Assembly (NCBI GenBank): GCA_023379935.1
Contig: JAMCPD010000002.1
Location: forward strand, 4,411-68,410
Reading direction: 5' to 3'
Source: Actinomycetota bacterium
GTDB lineage: Bacteria; Actinomycetota; Acidimicrobiia; Acidimicrobiales; JAMCPD01
Length of the DNA: 64,000 nt
Of the stretch, positions 28,692-37,354 are shown in pieces; position 1 is the stretch's first letter; every line of letters begins with the position of its first letter. The notes beneath the pieces were generated by a model. It was not told the DNA's origin. It did not search any database and saw only the letters and a program-made list of their open reading frames with translations. Both the position numbers and the translations under genes were made by a program.

Positions 28692-29978
28692 CTATTCATA
28701 GATCTTTTCATCATCCGCATCGGCTCCCTCCGCATCAGCTTCAACGTTGCGCCTGTTGCGTCGGCGGGCATCTTGTGCATACTGCTTATACCATTCATGG
28801 GCAACAATCAAGGACATCATTTCATTTGTACCGGTCCATATTGAGGCAAGCCTGATATCTCTGAATGTACGCTCTATCGGGAAAACATTAGTGTAACCGA
28901 TGCCACCCATTACCTGCATGGCCTTATTGGTTACTTCCTGGCAGCTTTGTGTAACAAATTTTTTAGTTTCACTGATTAAACGGCGGGTTGTGCTGACATC
29001 CAGTCCCTTGTCAACGGCCAGAGCCGTCGTGTAGACCATGGCACGTGCGGTATCAAGGAGCATAACGGAATCGGCTACCTGAAAGCTAACTCCCTCAAAC
29101 TGATTTATTATTTGTCCGAAAGCCTTTCTTCGTGAAGTATATCCTGTTGCGACATCAATTACGGGGGCGGTGGCTCCGATAGTCATAGCGGCAGTGCCTA
29201 ATCGTTCCGGTATCATCATGGTGTCAAATACAGCTTTCCCACCTCCCTGTGCACCAAGCAGGTTTTCTTTTGGGATCTCTACATTATGAAAAGCCAGCCT
29301 TCCTGTTCCCCCACCACGACAACCCATCAACCCGTAAAGGTATTCGACTCTTACACCCGGTCCACGGTCAACTATGAAACAGCTAAGGTGTTGGTGTGAA
29401 CTTTGATCAGAGTTGGAGGTTGGTGCTGAGTCGCCTTCGTTGCCTTCCCCTGTTATCGTGCGGGCATAGACTAAAAAATAATCGGCACCCTCAGCTCCAA
29501 CAATGAAACGCTTTTGACCGTTTAATACAAAATAATCACCTTTATCCGATGCCACCGTCGTTGCTCCAAAAAAGTCCGATCCTCCGCGTGGTTCAGTCAA
29601 ACATTCCGCCGCAAACTTTTCTCCCCTCAAGACGGGGAGTACATAGCGCTCGCGCTGCTCGTCGGTGCCGTGTTGGATAATGGCATCACATACCAGCTCC
29701 GCACCAACCCCAAAAATACAAGCAAAGATATACCCGAGCACCCCTACTTCCTCTAACACCATGCAAGCAGTAACCCAGTCCATGCCGCGACCACCCCACT
29801 TTTTAGGATACCTGCAACCAAAAAGATGCCTCTTGCCGGCTTCAGCTAAGAACTCCTTCGGGAATGAAATCTTGTCTTTATCCATATCCAAGATCATCCG
29901 CTTGGGTACCCAAGATACAAACTCCCTGACCTCTTCCCTTATAGCCAGCTGTTCTTTGCTCAACAAAAAATCAAACAT
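28692..29978 (-). CDS. acyl-CoA dehydrogenase family protein
   Basis: CLTEPRGGSDF, and IWTGTNEMMSLIVA near the C-terminus, followed by an acidic tail. Confidence 0.8.
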   Translation of the reverse strand: MFDFLLSKEQLAIREEVREFVSWVPKRMILDMDKDKISFPKEFLAEAGKRHLFGCRYPKKWGGRGMDWVTACMVLEEVGVLGYIFACIFGVGAELVCDAIIQHGTDEQRERYVLPVLRGEKFAAECLTEPRGGSDFFGATTVASDKGDYFVLNGQKRFIVGAEGADYFLVYARTITGEGNEGDSAPTSNSDQSSHQHLSCFIVDRGPGVRVEYLYGLMGCRGGGTGRLAFHNVEIPKENLLGAQGGGKAVFDTMMIPERLGTAAMTIGATAPVIDVATGYTSRRKAFGQIINQFEGVSFQVADSVMLLDTARAMVYTTALAVDKGLDVSTTRRLISETKKFVTQSCQEVTNKAMQVMGGIGYTNVFPIERTFRDIRLASIWTGTNEMMSLIVAHEWYKQYAQDARRRNRRNVEADAEGADADDEKIYE

Positions 29979-30039
29979 GGCTACAGTTCATCTGGCAGCT
30001 GTACGCCGGTAAAGCCGTGATTTATCGAAACCGTCCACC

Positions 30040-31053
30040 TTAGATGACTCCCGATAAAGTCTTGATTGGCATAGACAAATCTTTCAACATTTCCAAGTCT
30101 TCTTTTGCCGTACGACCCAATGTTGTAAGGTAGTTACCCACTATCAGTGCATTTATACCTGATGTCATCCCCATGGCTTGAAGCTCTCTTAGGGTAACTT
30201 CCCGCCCGCCGGCGTAACGGAGCAGCACACCAGGTAGTCCCAGCCTGAACAGCGCTATCCATTTTATGGCTTCCATGGGGCTGATTAGTTGACTTTCGCC
30301 CAAAGGTGTTCCCGGCCTTGGGTTTAAAAAGTTAAGTGGTACTTCTGTTGGTTTGAGCTCAGCTAATTCTGCTATCAACTCCACTCTTTGTTCATCAGTT
30401 TCGCCCAATCCAATAATGCCGCCACAACAGAGTTCCATTCCCCATTTTCTCACCAGTTTGGCAGTTTGAACTCGCTCATCGAAAGTATGGGTAGTTACTA
30501 TATTTTGAAAAAAAGAGCGGGATGTTTCCAAGTTGTGATTATAACGATGAACGCTTGCTTCGCTTAAACGTCGTGCTTGGTTATCGGTTAAGATACCCGC
30601 ACTAACATTTACGTTTAATTTGGTATGTTGCTTCACAGTTTCAACCAACTCTATGATTTTTTCGAAAGTACGTTCATCTGGACCTCTTAGTGCCAAAACT
30701 ATGCAAAACTCTGTTGCACCGGTAGCTTCCGTCTCTTGCGCCGCTTTAAGTACTTCGTCCGGATCCAAAAAAGGAGTTGCATGCAGTGGAGAGTCATAGC
30801 TGGAGGACTGACTGCAGAACTTACAGTCTTCGGGGCAGGCTCCGGTTTTAGCCGATACGATTCCTTCCACATCCACCTCCGGACCGCACCAAGCCATTCT
30901 CACCTCATGAGCCAGCGCCGCAAGTGATACAGTTGCCTGCTCGGGCAGTTTTGCTAAAGCGTGAAGTTCTTGCAGTGTCAGAAAGCGACCTTCATCCACC
31001 AAGGCATGCCTTGCTTCAATGATTAAATTATTGTTATAGGAGTTGTCAATCAC
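30040..31053 (-). CDS. bioB: biotin synthase
   Basis: Radical-SAM CPEDCKFCSQS, YNHNLETS, length 337 aa. Confidence 0.85.
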   Translation of the reverse strand: MIDNSYNNNLIIEARHALVDEGRFLTLQELHALAKLPEQATVSLAALAHEVRMAWCGPEVDVEGIVSAKTGACPEDCKFCSQSSSYDSPLHATPFLDPDEVLKAAQETEATGATEFCIVLALRGPDERTFEKIIELVETVKQHTKLNVNVSAGILTDNQARRLSEASVHRYNHNLETSRSFFQNIVTTHTFDERVQTAKLVRKWGMELCCGGIIGLGETDEQRVELIAELAELKPTEVPLNFLNPRPGTPLGESQLISPMEAIKWIALFRLGLPGVLLRYAGGREVTLRELQAMGMTSGINALIVGNYLTTLGRTAKEDLEMLKDLSMPIKTLSGVI

Positions 31054-31079
31054 GCTTATAATCTAGCATATTATTAAGT

Positions 31080-32396
31080 ATGGCATGGGACTTTACTACT
31101 GAACCGGAATTTGAAGAAAAGCTGGATTGGATGCTGCGGTTTGTGGGGGAAGAGATATACCCTTTGGAAACTTTGAATCTCAATCATAAAATCCTGCTCA
31201 AGGCTATTGCTCCTTTACAAGCCCAGGTCAAAGCTCAAGGGCTTTGGGCTGCCTATCTGCCTCCCGAACTTGGCGGGGCTGGATTCGGACAGGTGAAGCT
31301 GGCACTGATGCATGAGATTTTGGGACGCTCAGTATATGCACCTTTGGTCTTTGGGAATAATGCTCCCGATTCAGGCAATGTGGAACTTCTTGCAAATGGA
31401 GTGGCAACAACCAAAGATGAAAACATGAAAAAGCGATGGCTTCTGCCCCTACTGGAGGGTCAGTTACGCAGCGGTTTTTCCATGACAGAGCCGGAGACTG
31501 CCGGTTCTGACCCTATGCTGATAGCTACGACTGCCCGAAGAGATGGCGACGAATGGGTTATAAATGGGCATAAGTGGTTTACAACCAACGGTTCTATAGC
31601 TGATTTTTTGATAGTGATGGCACTCAGCAGTCCTGAAGCTGAGCCAAGGCGACGTTTTTCAATGTTCATTGTACCGGTTGATACTCAAGGAGTTAATATT
31701 GTAAGGGATGTGCCGACTTTGGAAAATCCGACTTCAAACAGTTCAAAAGAGCACTTTGGGTATTTTGGCGCACACAGTGAAATCCGCTATGACAACGTTA
31801 GGATACCTTCGGAGAACCTGATTGGCCGTGAAGGAGACGGCTTCTTATTGGCACAACAGCGTCTTGGCCCGGGCAGGATCCATCACTGCATGAGGTGGTT
31901 AGGACAAGCCAGGAGAGCTTTTGATATGCTTTGTGAACGAGCCGTATCGCGTTTTGTGCACGGTTCAGTGTTATCAGAGAAACAGGGCATACAAAACTGG
32001 ATTGCTGATTCGCTGGCCGAGATGACTTCAGCGAGACTGTTGACTTTATATGCTGCTTGGAAAATCGACCGGGAAGGCCCCGCAGGAGCCAGAGTTGAGA
32101 TAGCGATGATCAAGTACCATGGGGCCGGTGTATTGTATAACGTAATTGATCGTGCCATACAGGTGCATGGTGCCTTGGGTTTTTCATCTGATTTACCCTT
32201 GGAGGCTATGTATAGGGCAGCTAGGGCGGCCCGTATATATGATGGTCCAGATGAAGTTCACAAGATCACTGTAGCGAAAAGAGTACTACGGCAGTATACG
32301 CCCAGTGAAATACCGACTGAACACATTCCAACCCGTCAAGCTAGCGCCAAGATCAAGTTTGCCAAGTTGTTGGAAGAGACATCAGCCGACAGTTGA
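31080..32396 (+). CDS. acyl-CoA dehydrogenase family protein
   Basis: SMTEPETAGSDP, IYDGPDEVHK. 438 aa. Confidence 0.8.
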   Translation: MAWDFTTEPEFEEKLDWMLRFVGEEIYPLETLNLNHKILLKAIAPLQAQVKAQGLWAAYLPPELGGAGFGQVKLALMHEILGRSVYAPLVFGNNAPDSGNVELLANGVATTKDENMKKRWLLPLLEGQLRSGFSMTEPETAGSDPMLIATTARRDGDEWVINGHKWFTTNGSIADFLIVMALSSPEAEPRRRFSMFIVPVDTQGVNIVRDVPTLENPTSNSSKEHFGYFGAHSEIRYDNVRIPSENLIGREGDGFLLAQQRLGPGRIHHCMRWLGQARRAFDMLCERAVSRFVHGSVLSEKQGIQNWIADSLAEMTSARLLTLYAAWKIDREGPAGARVEIAMIKYHGAGVLYNVIDRAIQVHGALGFSSDLPLEAMYRAARAARIYDGPDEVHKITVAKRVLRQYTPSEIPTEHIPTRQASAKIKFAKLLEETSADS

Positions 32397-32413
32397 ACAA
32401 GCGGCAGACACAT

Positions 32414-32752
32414 TCACACGTCGTCGAGTGTGTAATCTCCTTCGGGAGTACCGGCGGCAGAAGCTGTACCGGCTGAAGCTGCCCCTGTTGCCCCTGCCCC
32501 TGTTGGGATAAGGTCAATCGGTCCGTTGGCGACGAAAAACTCATCCAGTGCTTTTAGTGCGGCTGTTAGCCCATCCGGTGAAGCTTCGTGACGTTGTTGG
32601 GCATAGTAAGCGGCACCTAGATTGCGCAACAGGGTATCTCCCTGACGCTTTAGCTGTACTTGGTCAAGTTTTGCTTGTCCTTGAGCGATACCTTGTTGTG
32701 TCTTTTGCACTGCCTGCTCAGCCTGTGCTTTTACTTTATCCAGAAATCCCAT
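32414..32752 (-). CDS. hypothetical coiled-coil / low-complexity protein
   Basis: ATG at 32752 (MGFLDKVKAQAEQ) is preceded by AAGGAGAG. The longer ORF-track start at 32800 lacks an RBS. Confidence 0.5.
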   Translation of the reverse strand: MGFLDKVKAQAEQAVQKTQQGIAQGQAKLDQVQLKRQGDTLLRNLGAAYYAQQRHEASPDGLTAALKALDEFFVANGPIDLIPTGAGATGAASAGTASAAGTPEGDYTLDDV

Positions 32753-32843
32753 TATTCTCTCCTTATTGTTTGCTATTCTAGTCTTGTTGTTGTAAGCCAT
32801 AATCTTACGGCATCTATCCTACTACAACGCTACAGCAGTTACC

Positions 32844-33626
32844 TCACAGTAGTCCACCAAGCAGACTATCTTTTTCTTCGCTGGAACTGGAAAGGTAGGG
32901 ATGTAAAGAGCGTGCCAGTGCTTCAATATTCATTGACTGGATAAGCACTATGCCATCACCTTCCAATGTAGCCAGGTTAATTCCCTGGTCCCCAAATACG
33001 GCAGTCATGGCGGTTTGTGCATTAAGCCCGCCTATGCGTTCTACTGCATAGGTGACGGTATCCTCAAAGGCTACTATGCATCCCGTATGTATCTGGATCT
33101 TTCCTCCATATTTTGATGGATTTAGTTCTACAAAGTTACCTGCCGCGGCGATAAACAAGGTGCCACTTCCGGTGAAGTGTTCGAGAACGAATCCCGCACC
33201 CCCCCGTAGTCCAGTACGTATACCGGTGAAGCTAATATCGAAGTTTACACTGGATTCTGCTGCCACAAAAGTACTTTTTTCGGTATACCAGCCTTTGGTG
33301 CCGTCAAGCTCAATTGCCCGCAGTTCACCGGGCATGACACCCGCAAAGGCCGCCAAGCCGCCGCCTCCAGCGGGTGTGAAGTACTGGAATGCCAGGTGTT
33401 CACCGGCGACTACTCGTTTGCCAACATCAAGAGCCTTTTGAAGAAAGCCACCTGCGGCAGAAGGGGCACCGGCTTGATTTCCCACAGGTCGGGTGAGGCG
33501 AGTTTCGATGGCAACATTTTGAGTCTTCCAGAGGAACTTTCCGGGTTCAGCATAAAGCGTTTGGGCCGCTTCAAGTTGGCAGATAGCCAGTTGCATTGAG
33601 TTACCTACTAACTTGTGGGCAATCAA
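32844..33626 (-). CDS. AIM24/TIGR00266 family protein
   Basis: The family-typical pattern runs along the whole length (LAICQLEAAQTLYAEPGKFLWK...GAGFVLEHFTGSGTLFIAAAGN...). Confidence 0.65.
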   Translation of the reverse strand: MIAHKLVGNSMQLAICQLEAAQTLYAEPGKFLWKTQNVAIETRLTRPVGNQAGAPSAAGGFLQKALDVGKRVVAGEHLAFQYFTPAGGGGLAAFAGVMPGELRAIELDGTKGWYTEKSTFVAAESSVNFDISFTGIRTGLRGGAGFVLEHFTGSGTLFIAAAGNFVELNPSKYGGKIQIHTGCIVAFEDTVTYAVERIGGLNAQTAMTAVFGDQGINLATLEGDGIVLIQSMNIEALARSLHPYLSSSSEEKDSLLGGLL

Positions 33627-33687
33627 AGTACTGATCCCGGCCTCATACCACTCAATCTGTTTATGGTCTTTATCCTAGAACCGGGTT

Positions 33688-36600
33688 TCATGTAAACCAC
33701 CCTACCACATCCACAATCACGTTTGTGCTGCCGGCATAGAGGGCGATATTGATTTTACCCGTACTTCCCAGCCCAACGGTTACAGAGTTGGCTATTACAT
33801 TGCCAGATGTGAAGTTTAGGTTTGAAACTACCGGCTGTGCGGCACTTTCCGGCCAAACAGTCAAGTATCCGGAGTTAGTTGGGGATACTGCCGTTACGTT
33901 CAGCACAACAGCAGTTGCATTAGACGGTATAGGCCCCACCCCAGCCAAGTTAAGTGTCAATGGCGCAGAAGACAAAAGCGATGTTCCTGAACACGGAGTG
34001 GCATAGCCAACTGCCGATATTCCCCTGCTGTCACATACCCTATATGGGGTTGTGCCGACAAAAGAGCTCCCGGAAGCAGAAAAGTATCCTGTTACATCCA
34101 CGGCAACGTTTGTACTTCCTGCGAAGTTATAGATGGAAATCATACCCGGTTGTGATCCTGAAGATACGGGAACAATCACAGCGTTCGGAACAGTTTCACC
34201 TGATATGAAGTTCAGGTTTGAAACCACCGGTTTGGAGGAACTTTCGGGCCACACAGTAAGGTATCCTGGATTGGTCGGGCTGATAGCTGTTACATTCAGC
34301 ACAACAGCTGTGGCAGAAGCTGGAACCCCACCTGTTCCTGAACAAGAAGATATAGTGCAAGAACTGCTGGGGGCAACTTTTACATTTAATGTAGTTCCGC
34401 CAGTAAGCGTTTTGCCTTGGCAGTTTGAAAGGTTGGAACCGGACAACTGGCTCGGATCACCACTTCTTGTGTCACATACCCTGTATGGAGTTATTGGCGT
34501 AAAAGTGGAGCCGCCGGGGCTTCCCACATATCCCTCTACGTCAATTACGACATCGCTTATGGCATATGAGTATATAGAGATGCAGCCTGTGCATGAAGAG
34601 GTTGAACCTAAGGTAACTTCAACTAAGTTTGGAACGACTGTTCCTTTTGCATAGTTGAGGCTGGAGGCGGTTGGCCGAGGTTGACCGGCCGGCCAAACAG
34701 TCAAAAATCCGGCGGCACTCGGGTTGATAGCCGTTACGTTCAATATGACTGAACTGGCAGAGGACGGTACGCCATCGGAGGCGTTTGGACCTGCGCTGGT
34801 GGTATCGGAATAAGTACCGGCAATAGGGATGGTGAGAGTGGATGAGTTGCCGTTTGCTCCCAAGGTTAGCCCTCCGCAAGCTGTTAAATCAGTACCGGCA
34901 CTGCCAAGTTTGGAGGGGTTACCGCTTCTTGTATCACAAACACGATAGGGAGTTAGCGGATTATAGGCTGTCCCAGTTGCGGCTGAAGCGGGTAGGTAGG
35001 TATATGCCGTCCAGTCAGAGGTTACGTTTGATACGGAAGCAGTAACTTTAACGGTATACGGTAAAGTTACACCACTTGGCGGTACCGGCACAGTGGCGCT
35101 GCAAGAGGTCGTGGTGGAGCAGGTAACTCCTGAAGCGGCAATGCCTCCAAAAGACACTGACGTTGCACCGCTGCCACCGGTAGTGGAGAACCCTGTTCCA
35201 TTTAAGGTGATGCTGTTGCCTCCCGTTCCGGGCCCATTAGAGGATGAAAGAGAGGTTAAGAGCAGCGGACCGCTTATAGATGGGGTAGTGCCAAGCAGGA
35301 CATTGCCTGAGGTATCTACCGCCGCACAGAATGATGCTGTGGCACATGACACGGAATTTGGAGAAGCACTAGTATCGATACTGTGTGGAGCGGACCAGCT
35401 CGTGCCGTTGTAAGTGAGTGCGTTGGTATAGTCCACCGCCTCACAAAAAGTTGTGCTAACGCATGATACGGATATGAGATTATCAACGGTATCAATGGAT
35501 TGCGGTGGTGACCAGCCACTGCCATTATAGGTCATTTCGTTGCCGGCAAAGTCTACTGCGATACAAAATCCGGCTGATATACATGACACTGAGTCAATGT
35601 CGCCGTTGGTATCAATGGCATCCGGTGCCGACCATGTGGTGCCGTTATAGATAAAGACAGTGCCTGAAGGACCGTTATCTGCTGCCACACAAAAAGTTGA
35701 ACTGACGCACGACACAGAGTGGAGTTGATTGTTGGAATCAATGTTTTGCATGGACCATGAGGTGCCGTTCCATGTGAAGGCGTTGCCCCCGTTGTCAACT
35801 GCCGCACAAAAAGTAGTACTGGCACACGACACAAAATTGGGAGAGCCGGTGGTGTCAAAGTTTGTAGCAGACCAGCTTGTGCCGTTGTAAGTCAATCCGT
35901 CACCATAAGTATTCACTGCCATGCAAAAAGTAGTACTAAGACACGATACGTAAGTGGCAGAAGAATGAGTAGGGTCAACTTGTTGCGCTTTGGACCATGA
36001 GATGCCGTTGTAGATAAGAAAATTACCGGTATTATCCGTTGCCACACAAAAAGTTGAGGTGGTACATGATACGGAGGTGAGGCCGTTGGTGTAGAGAGCG
36101 CCAACTAATGACGGAGACCATGAACTGCCGTTGTAAAAAAGTGTATTGACTGAGCTTCCTACAGTTGCGCAAAATGTTGTACTGGTGCATGACACAGAGT
36201 TTAAATTAACAGGGTAAATGCTTTGTGACGACCATGTGGTGCCGTTATAGGTAAATCCATATCCGGAGGTATCCACCGCCACACAATAAGATGTCAAAGG
36301 GCATGATACGCTGTTGATAGAGTTGTATGGTTTTGGATTTGTGTCAATTTGTTGTGGCGAAGACGACCATGTGGTGCCGTTATAGGTAACTTCATTACCG
36401 GAGGAATCTACTGCTACACAGAAACTGGAGCTGGCACATGACACAGAGGTTAGACCACCTCCGCTTGGATCAATGCTGACAGGAGACGACCAACCGCTGC
36501 CGTTATAGGTAACTTCATTACCGGAGGAATCTACTGCTACACAGAAACTGGAGCTGGCACATGACACAGAGGCAAGAGGCTTGTTTGAAGAGATGTTCTG

Positions 36601-37176
36601 CGGAGACGACCATGTGGTGCCGTTATAGGTAACTTCATTACCGGAGGCGTCTACCGCTACACAGAAACTGGGGCTGGCGCATGACACGGAAGTAAGGGCG
36701 TAACCGCTTCCATCAATGCTTGTCGGAGGTGGCCAAGAGGTGCCATAGCCCACATCCGCATTATCCTTGGCATCCACTGCTACGCAGAAGGTTGTAGTAG
36801 CACATGAGATAGAGGTTATACCACCTCCGTTCGGGTCAATATTTTGCGGAGATGACCAGGCGGTTCCGTTGTAGGTATACACATTGCCGGAAAGGTCTGT
36901 TGTTACACAGAAACTGGAGCTGGCACATGAGATAGAGGGTAAACTACCTCCGTTTGCATTAATATTTGGATCGATATTTTGTGGTGATGACCAAGTCATA
37001 ACGGTAGTTCCGGCTGCGCTGGCTGGAGTCACTGCTGTCATTATTGTTACGAGTGAGGTTGTGGCCAACATTACGATAGAGGCAAGCAAAACAATGAAGC
37101 GCTTTAGTCTGTTTATCCCAAAGTCAAGACCCGACCTGTTTGTTGTTGTGCTCTTGCTGTTTATTGACAAAGTCAT
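33688..37176 (-). CDS. giant secreted repeat protein 1: signal/anchor, 14 two-Cys ~41-aa repeats, one IPT/TIG domain, three C-terminal PYRVCDTRS...LTVWP domains
   Basis: ATG at 37176 is preceded by AAGGAG (the ORF-track TTG is at 37227). Hydrophobic IVLLASIVMLATTSLVTIMTAVTPASA. The repeat motif SVSCxSxxFCVAVD..GN..TYNGTxWS was counted 14 times. Confidence 0.85.
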   Translation of the reverse strand: MTLSINSKSTTTNRSGLDFGINRLKRFIVLLASIVMLATTSLVTIMTAVTPASAAGTTVMTWSSPQNIDPNINANGGSLPSISCASSSFCVTTDLSGNVYTYNGTAWSSPQNIDPNGGGITSISCATTTFCVAVDAKDNADVGYGTSWPPPTSIDGSGYALTSVSCASPSFCVAVDASGNEVTYNGTTWSSPQNISSNKPLASVSCASSSFCVAVDSSGNEVTYNGSGWSSPVSIDPSGGGLTSVSCASSSFCVAVDSSGNEVTYNGTTWSSSPQQIDTNPKPYNSINSVSCPLTSYCVAVDTSGYGFTYNGTTWSSQSIYPVNLNSVSCTSTTFCATVGSSVNTLFYNGSSWSPSLVGALYTNGLTSVSCTTSTFCVATDNTGNFLIYNGISWSKAQQVDPTHSSATYVSCLSTTFCMAVNTYGDGLTYNGTSWSATNFDTTGSPNFVSCASTTFCAAVDNGGNAFTWNGTSWSMQNIDSNNQLHSVSCVSSTFCVAADNGPSGTVFIYNGTTWSAPDAIDTNGDIDSVSCISAGFCIAVDFAGNEMTYNGSGWSPPQSIDTVDNLISVSCVSTTFCEAVDYTNALTYNGTSWSAPHSIDTSASPNSVSCATASFCAAVDTSGNVLLGTTPSISGPLLLTSLSSSNGPGTGGNSITLNGTGFSTTGGSGATSVSFGGIAASGVTCSTTTSCSATVPVPPSGVTLPYTVKVTASVSNVTSDWTAYTYLPASAATGTAYNPLTPYRVCDTRSGNPSKLGSAGTDLTACGGLTLGANGNSSTLTIPIAGTYSDTTSAGPNASDGVPSSASSVILNVTAINPSAAGFLTVWPAGQPRPTASSLNYAKGTVVPNLVEVTLGSTSSCTGCISIYSYAISDVVIDVEGYVGSPGGSTFTPITPYRVCDTRSGDPSQLSGSNLSNCQGKTLTGGTTLNVKVAPSSSCTISSCSGTGGVPASATAVVLNVTAISPTNPGYLTVWPESSSKPVVSNLNFISGETVPNAVIVPVSSGSQPGMISIYNFAGSTNVAVDVTGYFSASGSSFVGTTPYRVCDSRGISAVGYATPCSGTSLLSSAPLTLNLAGVGPIPSNATAVVLNVTAVSPTNSGYLTVWPESAAQPVVSNLNFTSGNVIANSVTVGLGSTGKINIALYAGSTNVIVDVVGWFT
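33691..34965 (-). repeat. three tandem copies of a ~125-155-aa C-terminal domain (protein 1)
   Basis: PYRVCDTRSG ... VVLNVTA..P...GYLTVWP ... SNLNF ... DV.GY(F/V) appears three times. Confidence 0.8.
35284..37002 (-). repeat. 14 tandem ~41-aa (about 123-bp) two-cysteine repeats
   Basis: Motif count taken from the translation. Identical 74-mers at 36376-36449 and 36499-36572 show recent duplication or gene conversion. Confidence 0.85.
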
Positions 37177-37260
37177 AGAAATTCTCCTTGTAGTTCTCTT
37201 GATAATTGCTTTAAAATGGTATGACAATTTAGCATCACTATATAAGGATAATGAGTTGGG

Positions 37261-37289
37261 TTACTAGGGGGATATCCCCCTAAAATAAG
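37261..37289. promoter_or_regulatory. 29-bp conserved motif with perfect 18-bp palindrome TAGGGGGATATCCCCCTA, upstream of giant gene 1
   Basis: ttactagggggatatccccctaaaataag is identical at 28 of 29 positions to 44834-44862, upstream of giant gene 2. Confidence 0.45.
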
Positions 37290-37354
37290 AACCTAAAATC
37301 GGGGAAGAGAATAAGCTGCTTATGTCGTATTTAGCCGTGTTGTATCTCGCGATT

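Noticed and set aside
31054-31079. Only 26 bp separate the divergently transcribed bioB and acyl-CoA dehydrogenase start codons.
   Set aside because: This is unusually tight, but it is most simply explained by one or both true starts lying further downstream or by promoters inside the coding regions. No specific element is visible.
34133-34654. Long ORFs on the opposite strand or in other frames inside the giant genes (for example 34133-34654 +, 40954-41346 -, 41479-41853 -, 35093-35413 +).
   Set aside because: They lie wholly inside the two long, internally consistent repeat-protein frames. Their translations are low-complexity, and they are the expected by-product of stop-poor Ser/Thr/Gly-rich repetitive coding DNA.
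37261-37289. The G/C-rich palindrome as a Rho-independent terminator.
   Set aside because: On neither strand is the hairpin followed by a U-run. The T-run precedes it in the sense orientation and an A-run follows it on the plus strand. Its duplication upstream of both paralogs fits an operator or leader element better.
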